The notes beneath the pieces were generated by a model. It was not told the origin of the DNA and did no database searches. It saw only the letters and a list, made by a program, of their open reading frames with translations. The position numbers and the translations under genes were made by a program. DNA of 64,000 bases from Gammaproteobacteria bacterium (GTDB lineage: Bacteria; Pseudomonadota; Gammaproteobacteria; JBCCGL01): contig OZ255836.1 of NCBI GenBank assembly GCA_965277715.1, positions 96,001 through 160,000 of the forward strand, in the 5' to 3' direction. Shown here one piece after another: positions 20,355-29,733 of this stretch. Every line of letters begins with the position of its first letter. Position 1 is the stretch's first letter.

Positions 20355-21168
20355 GTTGGGTGATTGATTCGCGCAAGATGCGAATCTGTGCGGGTTTGAG
20401 TTGGGTGATCAGGGGTAGCATAAGTGCTTCACGTTTATCTTGGGCATGACGGTAACGGGCAAAGTCCCGGTACGGACGCATCGAATCCAACAAGAAGGCC
20501 GTATCGTCAAGCTGGAAGTATACCTTCAACCAGGCACCAGCAACCGCCGGTATGGAGTATGGATCATTGATTGTCTCCAATCGACTATACTGACTGGTGG
20601 TTAAGTTCAGTGCCTTGGCCATGTTCGTCGGCGTGAGTTTTTGCTGTTTACGGAATTTGCGAAACTCAATGGCCAGTGAGTTGTAGTAGTCGTCGGCAAA
20701 GTCGTCGATACTGAGTGGTGCTGGAAAATCCGGTGATCGATCCGTAGGATTGAGCGTAGCGATAAGATCGGTGTGCCTGTCAATCTGTTTTATACTGCTG
20801 AGTATCAAAGATATATAGGCACAGAACTGTGCGTGATTACAACGCAGTAACAGCAAACTGAGTTGAATGGTATCGTCATCCAGTCCCGGCCAAACCGTGC
20901 GCACCTTGGAACCCAGATAAAAGGTGGACATAGAAACTCCGTTTAGCCAGGCATAAGCGGCCAGGATATGAATAGGGCGCTGAGACTGATTGCTGATTTT
21001 GAGATAGCGCTCCCATTGGCTGGTAGACATATCACTAAATTTAGCGGCAATATCTTTAGCACTACTTTGGCTCATACGCCGGATATAGACCATCGCATGA
21101 ACGATGGACTCGTTTAAACCGCTGAAAGCCTCAGCAATTTGCGCCAGGCGTTTGGTATCAATGCTCAT
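20335..21168 (-). CDS. XRE-like HTH protein (two HTH-like regions)
   Basis: FRKQQKLTPTNMAKALNLTTSQYSRLE; N-terminal SAKDIAAKFSDMSTSQWERY. Confidence 0.65.
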   Translation of the reverse strand: MSIDTKRLAQIAEAFSGLNESIVHAMVYIRRMSQSSAKDIAAKFSDMSTSQWERYLKISNQSQRPIHILAAYAWLNGVSMSTFYLGSKVRTVWPGLDDDTIQLSLLLLRCNHAQFCAYISLILSSIKQIDRHTDLIATLNPTDRSPDFPAPLSIDDFADDYYNSLAIEFRKFRKQQKLTPTNMAKALNLTTSQYSRLETINDPYSIPAVAGAWLKVYFQLDDTAFLLDSMRPYRDFARYRHAQDKREALMLPLITQLKPAQIRILRESITQLSAHFS

Positions 21169-21392
21169 AAAAATAGATTATAGGGCAAGGATAAATTGTT
21201 ATAAATCCAGCAACGTTACACTACTAAGATAGCACTACAGCCATAACATCAATAGTACCGACCACCCGCAGAAGGTGTTGCCTCAGTGTCCACACCAGAC
21301 ACGCAAAAGGTGACAAAAACTTGCACTTAACCCACCGCTGACCCGACCCAAAATGCCGCACCCTACTCACCTCTAATTAACTTGAGGTCAAC

Positions 21393-21503
21393 ATGGAGCC
21401 GGTATCCATCCTGTCGTATATAGACGATCCACCCCATTTTCTATTGTGGAGTGCTGACGAAATCGCCCCGCTGATGCTCGGCCTGGTGATCGGCATTCTC
21501 TCA
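21393..21503 (+). pseudogene. traL: Conjugative pilus protein TraL N-terminal fragment (F-type, SXT/IncC-like)
   Basis: GAGG RBS; MEPVSILSYIDDPPHFLLWSADEIAPLMLGLVIGILS, then breaks off. Confidence 0.75.
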
Positions 21504-21582
21504 CAGGTCAGGCACTTTTATTGTGATTGAGAGTGTGATATCGGCGATCTTGCCGTTGACGCTAAGTGATCCATCAGCAGCA

Positions 21583-22896
21583 TCAGTGTTTCAAAATTCC
21601 TGGCTGTCGAGGTTTTAAATGCCTCACTAAGCTATGCATAATAGTTCTAAGAGACTTTCTTGTCATTATTGCATTTTGCAGAGAGCGGATGGTGAATGAG
21701 CATATACGGGTAATTCTAGCGTAAAAAAACAATGGATTAACAAAGCCGCCTTTTTTCTGGGCAATTTGTTGTCTCTTATCAAGCATTTTAGTGTATTTTT
21801 TATCAGATGGATGAATACATTCCAGGTTCTTTGTTTTTGATGTTTCTTCAAAAATACGCATGATATTATAGGCCATGGCAGTAAAACGCATTTGACTGTT
21901 CAGCGCATTCAGGTTTGAAGACCAGGCTTTTCTTTCGGTGAAATCACTTTTGCTATTGTTGAATGATTTTTCTATCGTCCAACGCTTGTAATAGAGCATA
22001 GCAATAGTGCCTGGGTTAATTGACTCTGGTAGCGTTGAAATAAATTGGTGTAATTGACCTGTTTCTGGGTCGCGGTATTTAACAATATGAAATTGGACCT
22101 TTTTATTTTTATATACACTATAGCCTTCAACCCCTGTATTAATTTCACTACCCTGGTCATAGGGTATAGAGTTGACAAAAGTTGCAACCGCATTTTCTTT
22201 GAGTACTGAAATCATAAAATTCTGATGCTGTTTTTGCTTTTCCCACCATGCATAATCAGTCACCGCCTTATCGTATATATAGAGATGCTTTTGCCAAGTC
22301 TCTTTTTCGCCACAACGTTGTTCAATATAAGAACGTAACGCGGGTATTTCCTGGTGCCGTTCAGTACCGTTAGTCACGACACAAAGTGGTCTTAGAAGTC
22401 CATTTCTGAGGTTCAAGGCATGAATAAAGCCTGCTGCGAAGACGTTGCCCTGACGATTTTTCTCTGTGTGACAAGCATGCTGTATAAAATGACCATCAGC
22501 TGCTTCTACTCGATATTCTTCAAGTTCAGGAAATTGTTTTAAATAATCAATGTCCAAAGAAGATAATTTCTCACTTTGCAGTTGATAGCTTTGCTTTTCC
22601 ATGGCTTGCATCATCTTCATCCGTCTTGTCGACTTCAATGCGTTAAAATAGCTTGAATGACAAATTGTCTCGTCGTATATTTCATCCGTAACCTGTAGAT
22701 AGTGACGACCACTATGTACAAGACTTATACAGCGAAGTAACCCATGGCGAGAAAAAGCTACATCATCAATGGCATCGCATGATCTTTTCCATAAAGGGAA
22801 GCGTTCAGCAGCAATTGCTTTTTCCATACTTATTTTACAGTGTTCGGTGATATATTCTTCAACGGTCATCATTTCGTTCATATTCAATTTGCCCAT
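21583..22896 (-). CDS. DDE transposase (IS4-like, YREK motif)
   Basis: ADGH, YIYDKA, YYKRWTIEKSFNNSK; partial copies at 55626 and 59562. Confidence 0.85.
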   Translation of the reverse strand: MGKLNMNEMMTVEEYITEHCKISMEKAIAAERFPLWKRSCDAIDDVAFSRHGLLRCISLVHSGRHYLQVTDEIYDETICHSSYFNALKSTRRMKMMQAMEKQSYQLQSEKLSSLDIDYLKQFPELEEYRVEAADGHFIQHACHTEKNRQGNVFAAGFIHALNLRNGLLRPLCVVTNGTERHQEIPALRSYIEQRCGEKETWQKHLYIYDKAVTDYAWWEKQKQHQNFMISVLKENAVATFVNSIPYDQGSEINTGVEGYSVYKNKKVQFHIVKYRDPETGQLHQFISTLPESINPGTIAMLYYKRWTIEKSFNNSKSDFTERKAWSSNLNALNSQMRFTAMAYNIMRIFEETSKTKNLECIHPSDKKYTKMLDKRQQIAQKKGGFVNPLFFYARITRICSFTIRSLQNAIMTRKSLRTIMHSLVRHLKPRQPGILKH

Positions 22897-23244
22897 TTAA
22901 TCAGATATTAAATGGGTATTTTAAAAAAAATTCTGCTGGTGAATGCAAGTGTTTTTTTGGATAATTTTATTTATTTTATGAATTATAAAGCGTGTTATCG
23001 GTTTATAAAAAAACAGTACAAATTTTATAAAAAATACTATTTGTAGCTTATGGTGGTTCTTTTCAGGTGTTATTCATGTAGGATTCTAGTGGTACACCCA
23101 TGATCTATCTTGGAACGTGTGTAACCTTTTGATCCGTTCGCGTAGTGACTGTCCGGGAGCATAATCGATAGCGCTTAACACACGCAAACAGTAGGTTGGT
23201 AAATCACATTCCTGATATGTATTAACTTGCACACAAGTAAATAC

Positions 23245-24562
23245 GGTTCTTCCCCGGTTTGTGTGAGGTTATAGTATTTCATCCTCCTTTGCTATTGAGA
23301 GACTCCGGTGCTATCGAGCCTTGAAGAACACTACAGCCAGCTCCTATGCCTGACAGATGACTGGTCAGTGACATCAGTTGATTTAGACCCTTCAGGGTTA
23401 AAAGTATCCATTTCGTTGGCGTTTAGCGGCAACCACGGCCCTTGCTCGCACTGTGGCGAAGTGAGTCCGTTCTATGATCACCGTTCACAAGAGCGATCCT
23501 GGAGACACCTGGATATTATGCAGTTTGAAACGCGCCTACACAGTCGCATTCCCCGAGTAAATTGTCTGGAGCATGGTGTTAAAAGTATGATGTTACCCTG
23601 GGCAAGCAAGCGCAGTCGTTTTACGTTGTTGTTTGAATTATTTTCCATCAGGGTGTTGCAAGCCTCACGTAGCGTCGAAGAGGCGCGTAAGTTACTGGGA
23701 CTTAGCTGGAACGCAGTGGAAGCCATCAAAGCCCGCGCTGTCGAACGGGGACTTTCGCGTCGGGAATTGGTGACAATTGAGTACCTGGGTATTGATGAGA
23801 AGTCCCACCGTAAAGGGCATGACTATGTGACGCTCATCAATGATATCGATGGAGGGCGAGTATTGGATGGAGTGAAAGATCGCACCCAGGCAGCTTGTGA
23901 GGAGGCGTTGGAGGTTGCGCTGACGGATAACCAGCGAGAACAGGTGAAAGCTGTCGCTATTGATAGGTGGCCTGCGTTCATTAATGCCGTTGAGGTAAAA
24001 CTGTCAGACAGTGCGATTGTTCACGACCGTTTTCCTATTAGCCAACACCTGAATAAGGCGGTGGATCAGGTCCGTCGTGACGAACATAGAGACCTTTTGT
24101 CACAGGGTGATACTCGATTGAAAAAGAGTCGTTATCACTGGTTAAAAAATGAAGAAAATTTGTCTAACAAAGCAGCCGAGCACTTTGAGTCACTCAAGCA
24201 TGATCAGTTATTGACAGCCCGAGCCTGGGCGATAAAAGAACTGTTTCGTGATTTTTGGACGTATAAGACAGCGGGTTGGGCAAAGCGTTTCTTTAGCGCA
24301 TGGTATGCGTGGGCAATTCGGTGCCGATTGGACAGCATAAAGAAAGTGGCCAAGATGATAAAAACGCACATGCCGAACATATTGACATGGTTTAAGCACA
24401 CAATAAGTAATGCCGTATCAGAGGGTTTGAATTCAAAAATTCAGACAGTCAAATCGAATGCAAGAGGGTTTCGTTCGTTTGAAAGTTACCGGCGGAGTAT
24501 TTTGTTTTACTGCGGAAAGCTGGATAGGGAACCAGTGGCTTCACAATAATCGGGGAAGAACC
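23245..24562 (+). mobile_element. ISL3-family IS with 8-bp TSD GTAAATAC
   Basis: TIRs GGTTCTTCCCCG / CGGGGAAGAACC; TSD at 23237-23244 and 24563-24570. Confidence 0.95.
23308..24549 (+). CDS. ISL3 transposase
   Basis: CSHC zinc finger, GIDEK, VHDRF, SEGLNSKIQ...ARGFRSF. Confidence 0.9.
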   Translation: MLSSLEEHYSQLLCLTDDWSVTSVDLDPSGLKVSISLAFSGNHGPCSHCGEVSPFYDHRSQERSWRHLDIMQFETRLHSRIPRVNCLEHGVKSMMLPWASKRSRFTLLFELFSIRVLQASRSVEEARKLLGLSWNAVEAIKARAVERGLSRRELVTIEYLGIDEKSHRKGHDYVTLINDIDGGRVLDGVKDRTQAACEEALEVALTDNQREQVKAVAIDRWPAFINAVEVKLSDSAIVHDRFPISQHLNKAVDQVRRDEHRDLLSQGDTRLKKSRYHWLKNEENLSNKAAEHFESLKHDQLLTARAWAIKELFRDFWTYKTAGWAKRFFSAWYAWAIRCRLDSIKKVAKMIKTHMPNILTWFKHTISNAVSEGLNSKIQTVKSNARGFRSFESYRRSILFYCGKLDREPVASQ

Positions 24563-24600
24563 GTAAATACATGGGGTCTAGCCTTTCTGATAAGCGCTTG

Positions 24601-25191
24601 TCAATGGTAGCTTCTTAACATACCCACCAAAATACCTTGAATGGTAACGCGCCCTGCCGCGTAGTACATCGGCTGCATATCGATGTTCTCCGGGATTAGT
24701 TCAATCTTTTCACTGACCTCCCCAAGGCGCTTTAGTGTCGCCTCGTGTTTATCAATCAGGGCGACGACAATGTCCCCACGCCGGGCAAAGTTTTGTTTTT
24801 GTACAATCACCGTATCGCCATCCATGATGCCCGCACCCGTCATCGATTCACCACGAATACGCAGTGCGTAGCGGTTGGGACCGGCAAAGTGGGTGGCCAT
24901 GTCCAGCGTCGTCGGCTCTTCAATCGCCTCGATAGGCTGTCCGGCAGCAATCGTGCCGAGCAAGGGGATACGCGTGTGTGTATGTTCAGTGTCTGCCAGC
25001 CGGATACCCCGCCAACCGGTTTGCTGCTGCACCAGGTGGCCTTTGTCAATTAAGCTGTGTATATAGCGGTGTGTCAGCGATCTGGCCTGCCCAAGTGCTC
25101 CGGCTATTTCGCTGATAGTGGGGCCTTGTTGATATTCGTTTTGGTAGTTTTCGAAGTATGCCAGCACGCGCTTTTCATTTTCTTTCAGCAT
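24601..25191 (-). CDS. lexA: LexA repressor
   Basis: PTISEIA wHTH, IAAGQPI Ala-Gly cleavage site, GESM catalytic Ser, ATLKR catalytic Lys. Confidence 0.9.
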   Translation of the reverse strand: MLKENEKRVLAYFENYQNEYQQGPTISEIAGALGQARSLTHRYIHSLIDKGHLVQQQTGWRGIRLADTEHTHTRIPLLGTIAAGQPIEAIEEPTTLDMATHFAGPNRYALRIRGESMTGAGIMDGDTVIVQKQNFARRGDIVVALIDKHEATLKRLGEVSEKIELIPENIDMQPMYYAAGRVTIQGILVGMLRSYH

Positions 25192-25227
25192 TCTTGTTCA
25201 CTCGATTAATCGAAAACATAGCATAGT

Positions 25228-25246
25228 GAATGTCCACCGAACGTTC
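25228..25246. promoter_or_regulatory. Candidate LexA operator (GAAY-N7-GAAC / GTYC-N7-GTTC direct repeat)
   Basis: GAATGTCCACCGAACGTTC about 40 bp upstream of lexA. Confidence 0.4.
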
Positions 25247-25269
25247 AACATTTTTCAAACACTTTTATT

Positions 25270-25285
25270 CGGCGCAATTCTTGCT
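25270..25285 (+). promoter_or_regulatory. Sigma-54 -24/-12 promoter
   Basis: CGGCGCAATTCTTGCT upstream of the parA-cheW operon. Confidence 0.5.
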
Positions 25286-25357
25286 GTAATCCGGCTTGTA
25301 TGGGCAGGGTGGTAAATCGATTAATTTAGAGTTGAGCAGGGGATAGATTTAAACGCG

Positions 25358-26164
25358 ATGAAGGTTTGGTCGGTTTGCAACCAGAAAGGTGGGGTGGGTA
25401 AAACCACTACGGTGGTGACACTGGCGGGGTTGCTGGCGCAGTCCGGTGCGACAACACTGTTGGTGGATCTCGATCCACACGGCTCTATGAGCAGTTATTT
25501 TGGTATTAACCCGGATGAGACTGAAGACAGTGTGTACGGTCTTTTTGAGCAGGGCGCCAATACGCTGAGTGTATTGGCGAATATAAGGAATACGGCATTT
25601 GAAGGTATTTCCCTACTGCCAGCCTCGACAGCACTGGCCACGCTGGACCGTCAAATGAGCACGCGCCCCGGTATGGGGCTTATCATAAAACAAGCCTTGA
25701 AACGGGTTGAGGCACACTTTGACTTTGTCATCCTCGACTGCCCGCCGGTGCTCGGTGTGCTGATGATTAATGCCCTGGTCGCCTGCCAGCAGTTGTTGGT
25801 GCCGGTGCAAACGGAGTTTCTCGCTCTAAAAGGGCTGGAGCGAATGCAGCGTACACTGTCGATGATCTGCGCATCGCGCACTATTGAGCCGCAGTGGATG
25901 ATTGTACCCACCCTATACGATCAGCGCACACGGGCTTCGGTGCAAACCCTGGCCACGTTGCGGCAACATTATTCACAGCGGATGTGGAATTCGATGATTC
26001 CGGTCGATACACGATTTCGCGATGCCGCTAAAGCGGGCAAACCACTATCTTATTTTGGTCGCCAGTTTCGCGGTGTGCAGGCGTATGCAGCGCTGTTGGA
26101 TTACCTGTTGATGGATGATATGCCACTTGCCAGAGAAGTTGCGCAGGTGGCCGAGTGCGGGTGA
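25358..26164 (+). CDS. Chemotaxis-associated ParA/Soj family ATPase
   Basis: NQKGGVGKTT, DLDPHG, DCPP, PVQTEFLALKG; precedes cheW genes. Confidence 0.9.
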   Translation: MKVWSVCNQKGGVGKTTTVVTLAGLLAQSGATTLLVDLDPHGSMSSYFGINPDETEDSVYGLFEQGANTLSVLANIRNTAFEGISLLPASTALATLDRQMSTRPGMGLIIKQALKRVEAHFDFVILDCPPVLGVLMINALVACQQLLVPVQTEFLALKGLERMQRTLSMICASRTIEPQWMIVPTLYDQRTRASVQTLATLRQHYSQRMWNSMIPVDTRFRDAAKAGKPLSYFGRQFRGVQAYAALLDYLLMDDMPLAREVAQVAECG

Positions 26165-26874
26165 CCCTGTTCATGGTAAATAAACAGCCTTATCCCACAA
26201 CCTATACGCCAGCGCCTCCCGGTACGCGGGTAGTAGCCACGCAACATTTGGCATTGACTACCTACCTGGATGCTCTACTGGCTAAGGCAACAGAGCCGCC
26301 GGTGCGTGTGATGCCACGTACCTATCGATGTCAGGATAATATTGAGACGTTGTTTGATACGGCCTTATCTGAACCGCAACAACCTGACGATGTGCCCTCG
26401 AAAAAACATAATTTTGACTTACCCACAGCCTGCCTTCAGTTCAGCGTAGCGGGTATAGCGTATGCGCTACCGTTAATTGATATCTACCGTATCACACGCT
26501 GCACACAGCGAATAAGTGCAGTACCTGGCAGATTGGTCGGGTGCGTGGGCACGCTGGTTGAACAGGGAAAAAGAATCGAAGTACTCGACCTCCCGGTGTT
26601 GGTAGGTGGGTGTCAAAATAACGGCTTTAAAGACGAAAATGAAGCGATAGCACATTTACTACAGTTTGGTGGAGGTGGTTTGGCACTGATCGTGGATCAA
26701 CTGGGTGAGGTGATCAACGTGGGTGTGAAAGATATTCAATGGCCGATAGAAAACCATACTGATCGATGGCGGGCTGGCTTTATAAAACAAACGCTTACTA
26801 CACTACTGGACATTGATGGCCTGAGCCTGACGTTGGCTCAGGCACGCCACCGTTGCCCGCACGGTGTGCAATAA
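26155..26874 (+). CDS. CheW-like domain protein
   Basis: CLQFSVAGIAYALPL...; position between parA and cheW; start uncertain. Confidence 0.7.
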   Translation: MRVTLFMVNKQPYPTTYTPAPPGTRVVATQHLALTTYLDALLAKATEPPVRVMPRTYRCQDNIETLFDTALSEPQQPDDVPSKKHNFDLPTACLQFSVAGIAYALPLIDIYRITRCTQRISAVPGRLVGCVGTLVEQGKRIEVLDLPVLVGGCQNNGFKDENEAIAHLLQFGGGGLALIVDQLGEVINVGVKDIQWPIENHTDRWRAGFIKQTLTTLLDIDGLSLTLAQARHRCPHGVQ

Positions 26875-26943
26875 CGCTTACTTTGATTATTCAGGGTCAC
26901 TTTGTAGTGACTGATAAGTGATGAGCTTGGCGCAATGCCTGCC

Positions 26944-26958
26944 TGGCACAGTTGCTGC
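26944..26958 (+). promoter_or_regulatory. Sigma-54-like promoter
   Basis: TGGCACAGTTGCTGC upstream of cheW. Confidence 0.45.
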
Positions 26959-26999
26959 AGTTGCTGACCTCTATCAGTAATGTGTTACCAGTGGAGAAA

Positions 27000-27458
27000 A
27001 TGATGAACAATGTAGCTCAGCAGATTGCCGGCGCTTTTACCCAATGGGTAACATTCAGGCTTGATGGAGAAACGTATGGTGTCAATGTGATGGATGTTCA
27101 GGAGGTGCTGCGGGTTACAGATATTGCCCCAGTACCAGGGGCGCCTGATTTTGTACTCGGCATCATCAATTTACGCGGCAATGTAGTGAGTGTGCTCGAT
27201 ACACGGCGTCGGTTCGGTTTGCCGACAGTTGAAAACAGTGATGCTACGCGCATTATTATCATCGAATCGGGTGGGCAGACTGTGGGTATTCGTGTCGATG
27301 CGGTGGCGGAAGTGCTCGATGTCGATAGCAGCGATATTGAAACCTCACCGGATGTTGGTAACGATGAAGCGTCCAGGTATATTTCCGGCATGGTGAGCCG
27401 TGGTGATGAACTGGTCATTTTGATCGACGTCAATAAGATGATTTCGGGGGATCAGTAG
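27000..27458 (+). CDS. cheW: Chemotaxis protein CheW
   Basis: QWVTFRLDGETYGVNVMDVQEVLR...VPGAPDFVLGIINLRGNV. Confidence 0.95.
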   Translation: MMNNVAQQIAGAFTQWVTFRLDGETYGVNVMDVQEVLRVTDIAPVPGAPDFVLGIINLRGNVVSVLDTRRRFGLPTVENSDATRIIIIESGGQTVGIRVDAVAEVLDVDSSDIETSPDVGNDEASRYISGMVSRGDELVILIDVNKMISGDQ

Positions 27459-27488
27459 CGCCATGAATGACTATAGAGGGCATACACA

Positions 27489-27914
27489 ATGACCACACTT
27501 GAATTGGGGGTTGTCGGTTTTACCTGCTTAATGCTGTTGGGGTGTATTGGCGTATTGTTTAAACTGCACCTGTGTTGGAAACACATTTATCAGCGTGAGG
27601 CACAACGCAATCAGGATTTTGAAAAATGCTGTAAAGAGCTGGAGATGCTGGCCTCGGGCAATATGGGAATAGGGCGGCATGTGGCGCGTATTGGGCGTGA
27701 TATGAATAGCCTGCGGGAAAAAGTTGAACGGCTCGATCAAATCCGCGTTGAACCTGTCGCCTACGATCAGGTTGCCCGCCTGGCGGGGCAGGGCACTGAT
27801 ATTAAAGATTTGGTGAGTGTGTTTGGTATTTCAGAAGCTGAAGCCGAATTGGTTATGAAATTAAACACCGATAGCGAAAAAATCCGTGGGTCTCTCTCCA
27901 CAACCACCCACTAA
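27489..27914 (+). CDS. DUF2802-like protein
   Basis: N-terminal TM, coiled coil, AYDQVARLA..G...GISEAEAELV; follows cheW. Confidence 0.75.
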   Translation: MTTLELGVVGFTCLMLLGCIGVLFKLHLCWKHIYQREAQRNQDFEKCCKELEMLASGNMGIGRHVARIGRDMNSLREKVERLDQIRVEPVAYDQVARLAGQGTDIKDLVSVFGISEAEAELVMKLNTDSEKIRGSLSTTTH

Positions 27915-28024
27915 TCCCTATTTTCTCAGATATTGATAAGCCTATTTAATTATCAGTATTTGCTTTTCCTTGTTAGTTGGTCTACTAGAGTAAGGAACGT
28001 TAACCACAATATGGAAGCCTTGCT

Positions 28025-28984
28025 ATGTTATTCATCACTAACCGATCACCACAGGGTTCAATCCGTACAAAAAAGGGTCGAGCATACAAATTTGATTTGA
28101 ATAAAAATTCACCATCAAATTCAGTTTATTATTGCGAACGACTGGGTAAAGACGACTATATTGAAATAGGGTCAAGTGAACTGATGTCAAAACTTAAGGA
28201 GAGTAGAGCACAGCAAATATTATTTTTTCTCCATGGTTTCTCTAATTTGCCTGAGCCGGATATATTTCCAAGAGTGGCGCAGTTACAGCGATACTTTGAT
28301 TTAAAAGAACCCGATTTAGTACAGGTGGTTCCATTAATATGGCCTTGTGATAATGATTTTGGCATTGTAAAAGATTACTGGGACGACCAGAAATCAGCAG
28401 ATAAAAGTGCGTTTTCATTCGCTCGTGTTCTACAGTTATTTATGGCGTGGAGAGATAAAACACCAGAAGATGAGCCGTGTCTTAAACGCATTAATATACT
28501 CGCTCACTCCATGGGGAATAGGGTATTTAGAGAAACGCTTTCAGTATGGAATCGATGCGATTTGGCAAACGGCGTTCCATTGCTGTTTAGAAACACCATT
28601 TTAATGGCGGCGGATATTGTTAACGAATCACTCGAAGACGGTCAAGAGGGCCTCTTGATCAGTCGTGTGTCTAGAAATGTGTCCGTATATTATGCATCTG
28701 ATGATCTTGCACTTAGGTCAAGTAAACTATCCAATTTGAAAAACAAGGTCGCTTCAAGGCGACTTGGGCACACCGGCCCTGAGGACATGAATAAAGTTAA
28801 ATCCAATGTCTATGCAATTGATTGCGACAATTTTAATAATAAATATGATAGGCCAAAAGGGCACGCCTATTTTTTGGGTGATGGGGGTGGTGAAGTTGGG
28901 CAGGTATTCGAGCATATGTTCAATACAATAAAGACAGGTAGGGTTTCTGTCGATGACAAAATAAATAGAAAACACATACTTTGA
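28025..28984 (+). CDS. Alpha/beta hydrolase (DUF900-like)
   Basis: FLHGF, ILAHSMGNRV, MAADI, DLAL, RLG; AT-rich. Confidence 0.85.
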   Translation: MLFITNRSPQGSIRTKKGRAYKFDLNKNSPSNSVYYCERLGKDDYIEIGSSELMSKLKESRAQQILFFLHGFSNLPEPDIFPRVAQLQRYFDLKEPDLVQVVPLIWPCDNDFGIVKDYWDDQKSADKSAFSFARVLQLFMAWRDKTPEDEPCLKRINILAHSMGNRVFRETLSVWNRCDLANGVPLLFRNTILMAADIVNESLEDGQEGLLISRVSRNVSVYYASDDLALRSSKLSNLKNKVASRRLGHTGPEDMNKVKSNVYAIDCDNFNNKYDRPKGHAYFLGDGGGEVGQVFEHMFNTIKTGRVSVDDKINRKHIL

Positions 28985-29269
28985 AGAACGCTAACATAAA
29001 TACGGTTAAAAAATACATTCACGAGCGTTATTGAAAGACAACTCTCACCCCAACTCCTCTGCCTGAGGGTGAGGGGCTTTTAAGGCGCTCTCTCTGAGAG
29101 AAGGCGATAGTATTTAGTTTTGTGGTTTGGCTGTTAAACACTCCCCATCCTACGGTCTCTGGAGCGAAGAGGCAGCGTCAGACGGTTCTTTAAAGTGTTT
29201 ACAACTGTCTTAGGCAGGAGGATATTCACGAACAGAACAAAGACGTTAGGCTATTTGTAGCAAAAGTGG

Positions 29270-29433
29270 GCTGTGGACTGGCTCAGGAAGATACGTTTGC
29301 AGTTACATGATTTGTTTGCCTATAGACGGGCAGGAATAGGCGAGGGTTTGTCTGATGGGAGCGGTATGAATCGAGAGGTTCACGTACCGTTTTGCGAGGG
29401 GCTGCGGGGGGAGGTTCCCGCAGCCTACTCACC
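29270..29433 (+). mobile_element. Group II intron 3' remnant (RT tail, domains V and VI)
   Basis: Domain V GAGCGGTATGAATCGAGAGGTTCACGTACCGTTT (29359-29392); domain VI GGGCTGCGGG...CCCGCAGCCTACTCACC. Confidence 0.85.
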
Positions 29434-29469
29434 TGCGGGTTCGGTGCGGACACCGAATTTCGATACATA

Positions 29470-29510
29470 ATCCTAAATTCCGCAGTAGATTCAACTGAGG
29501 AATTTAGGAT
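29470..29510. repeat. Inverted repeat hairpin
   Basis: ATCCTAAATTCC-G-CAGT / ACTG-A-GGAATTTAGGAT. Confidence 0.7.
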
Positions 29511-29570
29511 AATTACCATCTGAACCATTAACCCCTTTACCTTTAATAACATCCGGGTATATTGGCAAGT

Positions 29571-29733
29571 ATGAATGACAACATCGCGCACCTACCGGAA
29601 TCCAAACAGGACGAGCTAAGACGTATTGCCGAAGTAGTGCGCAAAGAATGCGATAACGTGGAAATGGTTGTTCTATTTGGCTCCTATGCGCGTGGCGACT
29701 GGAAGGACGGCCCGCACGAACAGGGTCGGGGCC
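29571..29733 (+). pseudogene. MNT-HEPN fusion gene, 5' part (split by composite transposon)
   Basis: MNDNIAHLPESKQDEL...VLFGSYARGDW; rejoins 46496 in frame. Confidence 0.9.

Noticed and set aside
27995-29000. DUF900 gene as an integron cassette (CGTTAACC before, GCTAAC after)
   Set aside because: Core-site-like motifs are present but no attC palindrome follows
29043-29078. CTCTCACCCCAACTCCTCT…GAGGGTGAGGGG palindrome
   Set aside because: Looks like a single degenerate copy of a common intergenic repeat; no further support in this window
29273-29470. 65-aa ORF MDWLRK…
   Set aside because: Read-through of the group II intron RT tail and domains V/VI, not a gene
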